DNA of 19,722 nucleotides from Bdellovibrionota bacterium FG-2. GTDB lineage: Bacteria > Bdellovibrionota > UBA1018. Each line of letters starts with the position of its first letter. Within the stretch, counting starts at the first letter, position 1. The DNA lies in NCBI GenBank assembly GCA_051382305.1, contig JBBCAV010000399.1, positions 1 to 19,722 of the forward strand, written 5' to 3'. Of the stretch, positions 1-7,190 are shown piece by piece. A model generated the notes under the pieces. That model was given only the letters and a program-made list of their open reading frames with translations. It was not told the DNA's origin and made no database searches. Made by a program: the position numbers and the translations under genes.

Positions 1-233
1 GGACTCAGAAGTCCCCTTTACAAATAACCAGGGCGAACGGGACTTGCGCATGACGAAAGTTCAGCAAAAGATCTCTGGCTGTTTCCGTTCGATCAGGGGA
101 GCCAAGGATTTTTGCCTTATTCGAAGCTATCTCTCCACCTGCAGAAAAAATGGAGTGCATCCCATGGATGCGCTGCGGACGCTGTTCGCAGGAAAATTAC
201 CCGACTTCATGTCCTAGACGGCTGGCCAATTAC
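1..233 (+). mobile_element. IS66-family insertion sequence, right end; putative terminal IR GGCTGGCCAATTAC at 220-233
   Basis: The transposase stop is followed within 16 nt by ...TTAC, the usual IS66 terminus (elements start GTAA and end TTAC). The left end is not in the window, so the IR and target duplication cannot be confirmed. Confidence 0.75.
2..217 (+). CDS. IS66-family transposase, C-terminal part (5' end outside window; missing from ORF track)
   Basis: Frame 2 reads [71 protein letters not shown] (TAG 215-217). VPFTNN.ERDLR..KV.QKISG.FRS and RSY.ST.RK.G are characteristic of IS66 (ISBst12-like, single-ORF) transposases. Confidence 0.92.
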   Translation, partial: DSEVPFTNNQGERDLRMTKVQQKISGCFRSIRGAKDFCLIRSYLSTCRKNGVHPMDALRTLFAGKLPDFMS

Positions 234-234
234 A

Positions 235-501
235 GCCGCATTAGATGAGGAATTTGTAAAATCTAAGCCCAACATCATCTTGACTCCCGGTCAAATGTTG
301 CGAATCCTTCGAAAAAAGAATGAACTTACCCAGTCACAGCTGGCAATTGCCGCTGGCCTTACCCAGGCTACCCTATCGAGCTTAGAGAGCGACCGAATTC
401 GTTTAGGGGTGGAGCGCGCTCGATCTTTGGCAAAAGTGCTTCATGTCCACCCCGCAGTTCTCTTGTTTCCAGACTGGAACGAGCGCGATTTGGCCGCATA
501 A
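235..501 (+). CDS. XRE/Cro-C1 family HTH regulator, HigA-like antitoxin candidate; probably 5'-truncated by the IS (first in-frame ATG at 295)
   Basis: LRILRKKNELTQSQLAIAAGLTQATLSSLESDRIRLGVERARSLAKVLHVHPAVLLFPDW is an HTH_3-type fold. The track's start at 112 lies inside the transposase in another frame. Confidence 0.75.
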   Translation, partial: AALDEEFVKSKPNIILTPGQMLRILRKKNELTQSQLAIAAGLTQATLSSLESDRIRLGVERARSLAKVLHVHPAVLLFPDWNERDLAA

Positions 502-512
502 GTGGCCTTCGC

Positions 513-914
513 CTAATGCCCCTCTCTCACTAAGTTGCGATTCCAACCCGGAACTTCAATGACCAGATCAGACTTCCCACTCGGAACACATTGACAAGCA
601 AGGCGTGACTGGGGCGTAACCCCTACCGCATTGTCCAATCGATCTTCTTCTTCTTCTTCTTCTTCTTCGGAACTTTGGGGGCAAGAGTCCAACCCTTCGC
701 GCACAATTATATGGCAAGTGGAACATGCACAAACACCACCACACGCGTGATCAATCTCAACTCCATGAGCAAGCGCAATGTCCAAAACGCTTCCCGCCTC
801 ACCCGTCCCACTTAATTTCGGCTTTAGAGGATCAAATTCGACATCCATACTTTGTGCCTCTCCATTTGGAGCGCCTTGAGAAACGAATCGGATTTTGAAT
901 TTCTGAACCGCCAT
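513..914 (-). CDS. fdx: 2Fe-2S ferredoxin, ISC/adrenodoxin type
   Basis: HACGGVCACSTCH and SRLACQ motifs, C-terminal N.N..REGH-like tail, and SD TAAGGA upstream of ATG 914. Confidence 0.92.
   Translation of the reverse strand: MAVQKFKIRFVSQGAPNGEAQSMDVEFDPLKPKLSGTGEAGSVLDIALAHGVEIDHACGGVCACSTCHIIVREGLDSCPQSSEEEEEEEEDRLDNAVGVTPQSRLACQCVPSGKSDLVIEVPGWNRNLVREGH
645..668. repeat. (TTC)8 / (GAA)8 perfect trinucleotide tract encoding Glu8 in the ferredoxin
   Basis: Eight consecutive TTC units at 645-668. Confidence 0.97.
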
Positions 915-945
915 ATAAATTCCTTAAAAAGTTAGCGAGTAGCCC

Positions 946-975
946 TTGTCAATCTCAACAAACCTAGCATAAGGT
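946..975 (+). promoter_or_regulatory. Putative sigma70 promoter TTGTCA-N18-TAAGGT for the small basic ORF
   Basis: -35-like 946-951 and -10-like 970-975, followed by SD AGGAG (988-992) and ATG 1001. Confidence 0.5.
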
Positions 976-1000
976 GTATTCAAACACAGGAGAATCTCAA

Positions 1001-1147
1001 ATGCCAAAAAGACTCGGCGCCAAACACAAAAAACTTCGTCGCAACAAAGCTTCCGCCTATAAGGCCGGTGAAGCTCCTAAGAAACACAAGATCGCTGAAG
1101 AGCGCAGCAAAAAGGCCAAGAAGAAAAACGCCAACCGAGCTAAATAA
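1001..1147 (+). CDS. Small, very basic 48-aa protein (missing from ORF track)
   Basis: MPKRLGAKHKKLRRNKASAYKAGEAPKKHKIAEERSKKAKKKNANRAK*. It has a strong SD (AGGAG, 8 nt before ATG), fills the intergenic gap, and ends 9 nt before the next gene. Confidence 0.82.
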   Translation: MPKRLGAKHKKLRRNKASAYKAGEAPKKHKIAEERSKKAKKKNANRAK

Positions 1148-1156
1148 GAGCACGCA

Positions 1157-1825
1157 GTGAGAAAAAGAAACGGTGTTGCCTTATGGTTGGCCGCCACTTT
1201 GGCTGCTTTTGGCGGGACTTCGCACGCTTTAGCCGAATCCAGCAAAGGCTTCCAAGCAGGGGCTACCGTCGCAGCAGGATTTCCCCACCCCCTCACCTTT
1301 TCGCTTAACACAAAACTTAATCCCACTTTTGGGGTCGATGGAACTTACGGCTACTTCGGGCTCTCGCTGAATAACATTAAAGTCTCGACTTCAAACTTTG
1401 AAGCACGCGGGCGATGGCACCCCTTTGATGGAAGCTTCTTCCTGGGCGCTGCTGTGGGTCGACATAGTATTTCCGCGAGTCAAACTCAGGATATTACCAT
1501 TGCCAGTAGCGGTGTCAGCGTAGCGATTCCCACCAAAGTTGGGGCTTCAATCACTGCCCTTTACGTCACGCCGCAAATTGGCTGGCTTATCGTTTTTGGC
1601 TCCGGTTTCACTTTAGGTTGGGATCTAGGCGCCGTGATTCCAGTAAGCCCAAGTACAACCATCGATGTCGAAGTCGGAGATGCAACGCTCAACTCGTTTC
1701 TCACAATGGTTAAACAAACGAGCGACTATGCCGTTGTTGAAAAAACCGTTCAGGACAAGGGAAACGAGTACGGAAAGTTCCCGCTCCCTTATTTGACCGT
1801 TCTTCGACTCGGCTGGATGTTCTGA
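1157..1825 (+). CDS. Exported outer-membrane beta-barrel-like protein
   Basis: Signal peptide (MRKRNGVALWLAATLAAFGGTSHALA), alternating amphipathic Gly/aromatic strands (RWHPF..SFFLG, YVTPQIGW), and a C-terminal LRLGWMF beta-signal. Confidence 0.75.
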   Translation: MRKRNGVALWLAATLAAFGGTSHALAESSKGFQAGATVAAGFPHPLTFSLNTKLNPTFGVDGTYGYFGLSLNNIKVSTSNFEARGRWHPFDGSFFLGAAVGRHSISASQTQDITIASSGVSVAIPTKVGASITALYVTPQIGWLIVFGSGFTLGWDLGAVIPVSPSTTIDVEVGDATLNSFLTMVKQTSDYAVVEKTVQDKGNEYGKFPLPYLTVLRLGWMF

Positions 1826-1843
1826 CGCGACGTCATCCTTGAA

Positions 1844-1859
1844 CGGCGCGCTCCTTGCT
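1844..1859 (+). promoter_or_regulatory. Putative sigma54 (-24/-12) promoter for lon
   Basis: CGGCGCG-CTCC-TTGCT versus consensus TGGCACG-N4-TTGCW. GG 1845-1846 and GC 1857-1858 are exactly 10 nt apart. Confidence 0.65.
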
Positions 1860-1871
1860 CCTCTTTCCTGC

Positions 1872-4238
1872 ATGGAGCACCTCCCCGCAGTTATTCCGGT
1901 TTTGCCGATTCGTAACACAGTACTTTTTCCGGCGATTTCCATCCCTCTTGTGGTGGGAAGACCCAGCAGTCTTCGCGCAATTGAGGCCGCTGACGCAGAC
2001 GATAGTCTGATCCTTGTCCTCGCGCAAAAACCTGGGAGTCTAACAGATTTCCCTCAAGATCCTCACCCCAAGGACCTCTTCGAAGTCGGGACCCTCTGCA
2101 AAATTGAGAGCATGGCTGCCTCCGAAATTGGCAGCCGACAAGTCGTTGTGACCGGCCTCTCTCGTTGCAAAGTTCAAGAGTTCGTCACGACCGAGAAGGG
2201 CTATCTCGGTGCAAAAGTCGATATTCTGAAAGAAACAGAAGGAAAAGACCCGATTCGCCGCGGTGCCCTTTTTAATAACCTCAAGGAGCTCTCGCGCGAA
2301 ATCCTCGAGCTCCTTCCGGGTGAAACCGAACCACTTGTTAAACTCGTGGATCGCATCGAGGACCCGATTTACCTTACGAGCGTCTGCGCCGCCTACCTCA
2401 ATATGGGCGTACCGGAGAAACAGCAACTCCTCGAAGCACTGGAGCTGGAGACAAGGATTGAAGCCCTCTTAAGTTTCATGAAAAAGGAACGCGAAGTCCT
2501 CACCCTTCAGCATGAAATGCGCGACAAAATGTCTCAGCGTCTTGATAAGGCCCAACGCGAAGCACTCCTAAGAGAGCAACTCCGAACCATACGAGCAGAA
2601 CTCGGAGATGAGGCCCCCGAAGAAAACGTCGAAGAAATTCAGGAAAAGGTAAAGAATACTCTTTTTTCCGAAGAAGCCGCCAAACAGGCGAATGAGGAAC
2701 TTCATCGACTGAAGAGCCTCCCTTCGAATTCCGCCGAATATCATGTGATCCGAACGTACCTAGAATGGCTGGTGTCGCTCCCTTGGGGAAAAAAGGAAGT
2801 GCCTCCCATCGATATTTCTAAAGCCCGCACCATTCTGGATGAGGACCACTATGGATTAGAAAACGTAAAAAGGAGAATCATCCAGTTCCTCTCCGTCGCT
2901 AAACTGAAAAACGATCTTCGTGGACCTATCCTATGTTTTGTGGGGCCGCCCGGCGTGGGAAAAACATCTCTCGGAACCTCCATTGCACGTGCCTTGGGAC
3001 GAAACTTCATCCGAGCCTCACTCGGAGGCGTGCGTGATGAAGCCGAGATCCGCGGTCACCGCCGAACCTACGTCGGCGCGATGCCCGGCCGAATCATTCA
3101 AAGCATCAAACGAGCGGGCACGAAAAACCCACTCATGATGCTAGATGAAATTGACAAATTGCACGCTGATTTCCATGGGGATCCTTCGGCCGCGTTACTG
3201 GAGGTCCTTGATCCAGAGCAAAACAAGTCTTTTGTGGATCACTACATTGACGTCGCTTTCGATCTCTCTGACGTCTTCTTCATCACGACAGCCAATATCA
3301 CCGACACCATCCCCCCCGCACTCCTGGATCGCATGGAAATCATTGAAATCAATAGCTACACGAGCTTCGAAAAACTCAATATCGCCAAACGCTATTTGAT
3401 CCCAAAGGCCCTTCATGAGCATGGCATTCAACCCTCGTGGATTGAATTGCCCGATGTAACGCTCGAGCGTGTGATTTCGCACTACACACGGGAAGCTGGA
3501 GTCAGAGAATTGCAACGCAAAATAGCCGCCCTTCTTCGAGGCGTTGCCGAAGACCTAGTCGCACGGCAGCCAGGGATCACCGCTCCCACCTTTCAAATTC
3601 TCCCGGAACGCCTAGATTCCCTCTTGGGAGCTGAACGCTTTTTTCCCGAATCCGCAGGCACCCGCCTTCAACCCGGGGTCGCAACAGGATTGGCTTGGAC
3701 CCCTCACGGAGGCGACCTGCTCTTTATCGAGGCCGTCACCGTCAGCGGCGGAAAAGGCGGCCTCATTCTCACCGGTCAGTTAGGCGATGTCATGAAGGAG
3801 TCCGCTCAAATTGCGATGACCCTTATTCGCAAAACGACGCGTTTTGATTTCAGCGCGCACGATATCCATATCCATATTCCCGCAGGCGCCATCCCCAAAG
3901 ACGGCCCATCCGCTGGCGCCGCATTGCTTGCAGCCCTAGGCTCTCTTCTCATGGGCACGCCAATCGCAGCGGGGGTTGGAATCACCGGAGAAATCACCCT
4001 CAGGGGTGCGGTTCTTCCCGTTGGAGGGATAAAAGAGAAGGTCCTTGCCGCCCACCGCGGAGGACTCCATACCATCATTTTACCAAAGAAAAGTGAACAT
4101 GACTTGAGAGACGTGCCCCCCGATGTAAAATCCCAAATCACCTTTCGCTTCGTCGAAACGACAGACGAAGTTCTAAATTACGCCCTCGGTGAATGGCCGC
4201 AAAAAAGGAGTCTCAAGTTCAATGAAGCAGCCGCATAA
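1872..4238 (+). CDS. lon: ATP-dependent Lon protease (LonA)
   Basis: N-domain PVLPIRNTVLFP, Walker A GPPGVGKT, RGHRRTYVGAMPG, Walker B MLDEIDK, catalytic PKDGPSAG and GGIKEK. ATG 1872 is preferred over TTG 1839. Confidence 0.97.
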   Translation: MEHLPAVIPVLPIRNTVLFPAISIPLVVGRPSSLRAIEAADADDSLILVLAQKPGSLTDFPQDPHPKDLFEVGTLCKIESMAASEIGSRQVVVTGLSRCKVQEFVTTEKGYLGAKVDILKETEGKDPIRRGALFNNLKELSREILELLPGETEPLVKLVDRIEDPIYLTSVCAAYLNMGVPEKQQLLEALELETRIEALLSFMKKEREVLTLQHEMRDKMSQRLDKAQREALLREQLRTIRAELGDEAPEENVEEIQEKVKNTLFSEEAAKQANEELHRLKSLPSNSAEYHVIRTYLEWLVSLPWGKKEVPPIDISKARTILDEDHYGLENVKRRIIQFLSVAKLKNDLRGPILCFVGPPGVGKTSLGTSIARALGRNFIRASLGGVRDEAEIRGHRRTYVGAMPGRIIQSIKRAGTKNPLMMLDEIDKLHADFHGDPSAALLEVLDPEQNKSFVDHYIDVAFDLSDVFFITTANITDTIPPALLDRMEIIEINSYTSFEKLNIAKRYLIPKALHEHGIQPSWIELPDVTLERVISHYTREAGVRELQRKIAALLRGVAEDLVARQPGITAPTFQILPERLDSLLGAERFFPESAGTRLQPGVATGLAWTPHGGDLLFIEAVTVSGGKGGLILTGQLGDVMKESAQIAMTLIRKTTRFDFSAHDIHIHIPAGAIPKDGPSAGAALLAALGSLLMGTPIAAGVGITGEITLRGAVLPVGGIKEKVLAAHRGGLHTIILPKKSEHDLRDVPPDVKSQITFRFVETTDEVLNYALGEWPQKRSLKFNEAAA

Positions 4239-4560
4239 TGCCCACCACCTCCAAGCGCTTAAAACGACTACCGCCCTTCTGGGCGAAAAGTTCCCCGAAC
4301 TAAAGGATCACAGCGCCTATACTTGTGAGCGGCTGTACGACCTTCTTCTGGAAAGAGTATTAGGAGAACGAAGCATTGGTATTCCTGATTTCGTCTCATC
4401 CGCCGCGTTTGCAATCGGTTGCAAAATCCCTTCAAGCGAGCTCCGGGCAGAGGAGGTCGTCGAAGCTTTCTTTTCAAATTTTTTTTCCAGTCTCCCCCCA
4501 GAAGAGGTGACTCGGCTTCAACCGGGACTTCCCGCGGAAATTCACACTAAAGCCGCATAG
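4222..4560 (+). CDS. Hypothetical protein, C-terminal half resembling DUF2267
   Basis: SD AAGGAG precedes ATG 4222, which overlaps the lon end. AEEVVEAFF....SLPPEEVTRLQPGLPAEI recalls the DUF2267 helical repeat (weak, by eye). Confidence 0.55.
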   Translation: MKQPHNAHHLQALKTTTALLGEKFPELKDHSAYTCERLYDLLLERVLGERSIGIPDFVSSAAFAIGCKIPSSELRAEEVVEAFFSNFFSSLPPEEVTRLQPGLPAEIHTKAA

Positions 4561-5185
4561 CCTGCGGCACGCCTACCTTCGGACAATTACGAGACAGGCA
4601 GCACCCTGTGCATAAAGGGCGGCGCGCCTTACAAATTTCACGCCCGTGAAAAATCAGCAAATGAGAAAACTCACTCCACTTGGAGCGCGGCACGAGCTTT
4701 TCCATCTCCGCTTCAATTTTTACGGGATCTGAAGATACGGTAAATCCTAGACGACGACATAATCGCCCCACATGGGTGTCTACAACAAGACTTGGAACTC
4801 CGAAAGCGCTGCCCAAGACCACATTCGCCGTCTTTCGCCCCACCCCAGGAAGCTGGACCAGCGCCGCTAGCGTTTCGGGAACTTCCCCGCCATGGTCCGC
4901 CATGATCTTTTTGGCAGCTGCGACAATCGATTTTGCCTTATTCTTGTAGAATCCCGTGGAATGAATAACCCGCTCGACCACCGAAATCCGAGCAGACGCC
5001 ATCTCCCGAATCGTGGGAAACCGAGCAAAGAGCAGGGGAGTCACCAGATTCACCCTTTTATCTGTGCACTGAGCAGACAAGATAGTTGCCACCAAGAGTT
5101 CAAAAGGGGTTTCAAAATTCAAACTGCACTGCGCTTCGGGGTAGTTCTGCTCCAATAGGGCCAAAATTCGTTGAAGCCTGATCAT
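4547..5185 (-). CDS. nth: Endonuclease III
   Basis: LLVATILSAQCTD, HhH LPGVGRKTANVV, VDTHV, and the C-x6-C-x2-C-x5-C 4Fe-4S motif. Confidence 0.97.
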   Translation of the reverse strand: MIRLQRILALLEQNYPEAQCSLNFETPFELLVATILSAQCTDKRVNLVTPLLFARFPTIREMASARISVVERVIHSTGFYKNKAKSIVAAAKKIMADHGGEVPETLAALVQLPGVGRKTANVVLGSAFGVPSLVVDTHVGRLCRRLGFTVSSDPVKIEAEMEKLVPRSKWSEFSHLLIFHGREICKARRPLCTGCCLSRNCPKVGVPQAMRL

Positions 5186-5205
5186 GACCAGAGTATACCT
5201 TTAGA
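5186..5205. promoter_or_regulatory. 20-bp divergent spacer with overlapping -10-like hexamers (putative bidirectional leaderless promoter)
   Basis: Minus strand: TATACT-N6-ATG(nth). Plus strand: TATACC-N6-ATG(pgk-like). Both are centred on the palindrome GTATAC (5193-5198). Confidence 0.6.
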
Positions 5206-6333
5206 ATGTCTGTACCTTCACTAAGAACGATAGAGGAACTCGAAATTACTGGAAAACGTGTTTTGATGAGACTCAGTCTCCAAGACATGCCAAATCTTCA
5301 GAACGAACTTGCCAGCCTCCAATACGCGGTCGGCAAAGGAGCCAAAGTAATTGTCGCTTCGCATCTCGGTCAGCCAAAGGGAAAACGAAAAATGGAGTTA
5401 TCCCTCGAGCCCGTCGCTCATCGATTAGCCGAGCTGCTTGGGCAAGAAGTCACGATAACGGATGACTGCATTGGAGACGGCATCGAACTTATGGCGCAAG
5501 GACTAAAGAATGGGCAAATTCTCCTCCTCGAAAACCTCCGTTTTCATTCCGGGGAAGAAGCCAACGACCCCACGTTCGCTCACCGACTCGCACGCTTAGG
5601 CGAAGTCTATATTTCTGATGATTTTGCTTCGACCCAAAACAAACACGCCTCGACCTACGGCGTGCCCCTTTTGATGCCACAAAAAGGGATTGGCACGCTG
5701 ATTCAAAAAGAAATGCAGTGGTGCGAACGCCTCTTAAAGAAATCAGAAAAACCCTTTTGCGTGATTCTGGGCGGCAATAAAATAGCAGAAAAAATAAAGA
5801 CGATCGAAACTCTGCTGCCACTCCTAAATCAAATTCTTCTCGGCGGAACAGTCAGTCACGCCTTCATGGCCGCGCAAGGCATCACCCTGCCTCCCGCGGC
5901 GCAAAACCCGGGGTCTGAAAATATCGAAGCCGCCCGCTCGATACTGAGGGATTCAAAGAAGAGAGACCTTCCCATTCTTCTTCCGCTTGACACGAATCAA
6001 TGGCGGGACATTGGACCCGAGACGATTAAAAAGTTTTCTGAATCCATTTTGGCGACAAAAACTATTTTCTGGAGCGGCCCCCTGGGTTGTTCCGAAAAGC
6101 CTGAGTTTTGTATGGGAACGTTTAAACTTGCAAAAGCGATTGCCGAAACTTCTGCCATCAAAATCGTCGCCGGAGATGACACGGTCCAAGCCCTCAATGC
6201 CTCAGGCGCTGGGGCGCGATTTGATCACCTCTCACGAGGCGGCAATGCCTTTCTAGATTTCATTACTGGAAAAATATTGCCGGGACTTGACGCCATCAAA
6301 GATTCAAGCAGACCCCCCTCTCAACCTCTTTAG
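5206..6333 (+). CDS. pgk: Phosphoglycerate kinase homologue with degenerate active site
   Basis: GKRVL.R, SHLG.PKG, LLENLRF, HAS, DIGPET and LPGL are recognisable and it lies directly upstream of tpiA, but many invariant motifs are altered (see findings). Confidence 0.9.
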   Translation: MSVPSLRTIEELEITGKRVLMRLSLQDMPNLQNELASLQYAVGKGAKVIVASHLGQPKGKRKMELSLEPVAHRLAELLGQEVTITDDCIGDGIELMAQGLKNGQILLLENLRFHSGEEANDPTFAHRLARLGEVYISDDFASTQNKHASTYGVPLLMPQKGIGTLIQKEMQWCERLLKKSEKPFCVILGGNKIAEKIKTIETLLPLLNQILLGGTVSHAFMAAQGITLPPAAQNPGSENIEAARSILRDSKKRDLPILLPLDTNQWRDIGPETIKKFSESILATKTIFWSGPLGCSEKPEFCMGTFKLAKAIAETSAIKIVAGDDTVQALNASGAGARFDHLSRGGNAFLDFITGKILPGLDAIKDSSRPPSQPL

Positions 6334-6350
6334 AACAGGAAAGTAGAATC

Positions 6351-7190
6351 ATGAATTCCTCCACCCGATCCCAAAAACCCCGCGGTGTCTTAATTGCTGG
6401 GAATTGGAAAATGAACCATGGAGCCCAGGAGACTGAGACCTTTTTCTCAGAACTCTCAAGCGGAGTTTCAGGCGCGTCTGTTAATTCGACTAATCTGAGC
6501 GCATGCATTATTCCAACGTTTTTGCGCCTCGAGCAAGCATCCGGGCTAGCTAAAAAAGCGCCATTCCCGCTGCATGTCGCAGCTCAAAACGGCCACTGGG
6601 AAAAGAAAGGCGCCTTCACTGGCGAGACCTCGGGTCCCATGCTTAAAGAACTTGGCATCAACTGGGTTCTCATCGGCCACTCGGAGCGAAGGCAGTTTTT
6701 TGGAGAAACCGATGAAACGGCAAGAAAAAGGAGCGAAAGTCTCCTGGAACAGGGGTTTCGAGTCATTTTGTGCATCGGCGAATCTCGAGCAGAGCGGGAG
6801 GCAGGCAAAACGACCGAAATTTTAACTCGCCAACTTTTGGGCGCGCTTCCCAACCCAGGTCAAGGAGCTGCCGCGTATCTTGATGGACGCTTGGTAATCG
6901 CTTATGAACCCGTGTGGGCCATTGGAACAGGACTCACGGCCACGCCTGAACAAGCAGAAGAAGCTCATCAAGTGATTAGAAAGCTTCTTTGGGATCGTTT
7001 TGGAATGGACGCGGCTGCAAAAACTCAGCTCCTTTACGGAGGAAGCGCAACACCCGAAAATGCGGACGCCCTTCTTTCTTGTGCGAACGTCGACGGACTT
7101 CTCGTCGGTGGGGCTAGCCTGAAAGCGGATAGCTTTCAAAAGCTCTTAGCCGCTGGCGCGCGCGTGACCGCTGGCGCTATCGGACAATAA
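6351..7190 (+). CDS. tpiA: Triosephosphate isomerase
   Basis: AGNWKMN, GHSERR, AYEPVWAIGTG, LYGGS and LVGGASL are all intact. Confidence 0.98.
   Translation: MNSSTRSQKPRGVLIAGNWKMNHGAQETETFFSELSSGVSGASVNSTNLSACIIPTFLRLEQASGLAKKAPFPLHVAAQNGHWEKKGAFTGETSGPMLKELGINWVLIGHSERRQFFGETDETARKRSESLLEQGFRVILCIGESRAEREAGKTTEILTRQLLGALPNPGQGAAAYLDGRLVIAYEPVWAIGTGLTATPEQAEEAHQVIRKLLWDRFGMDAAAKTQLLYGGSATPENADALLSCANVDGLLVGGASLKADSFQKLLAAGARVTAGAIGQ

Noticed and set aside
112-233. N-terminal extension of the 129-aa HTH ORF in the track
   Set aside because: It is an alternative frame of the IS66 transposase 3' end and IR, not HTH sequence.
492-507. GGCCGC-ATAA-GTGGCC hairpin between the convergent HTH and fdx genes as a terminator
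   Set aside because: The stem is short, includes a G-T pair and has no U-tract, so it is too weak to call.
1057-1326. 89-aa minus-strand ORF with a hydrophobic tail
   Set aside because: It is the antisense shadow of the Lys-rich small ORF and the barrel gene. The Phe/Leu run mirrors AAA/AAG codons.
1839-1871. TTG start for lon
   Set aside because: There is no SD, it overlaps the sigma54-like motif, and Lon similarity begins after ATG 1872.
2040-4141. Several 60-130 aa alternative-frame and antisense ORFs within lon (similar ones lie inside nth, pgk, tpiA, the hydrolase, GT4, channel and thiolase genes)
   Set aside because: They are fully nested in well-supported genes and have no recognisable motifs or translation signals.
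5206-6333. Calling the pgk homologue a pseudogene
   Set aside because: It has no frameshift or premature stop and near-full length is retained, so it is reported as a degenerate CDS instead.
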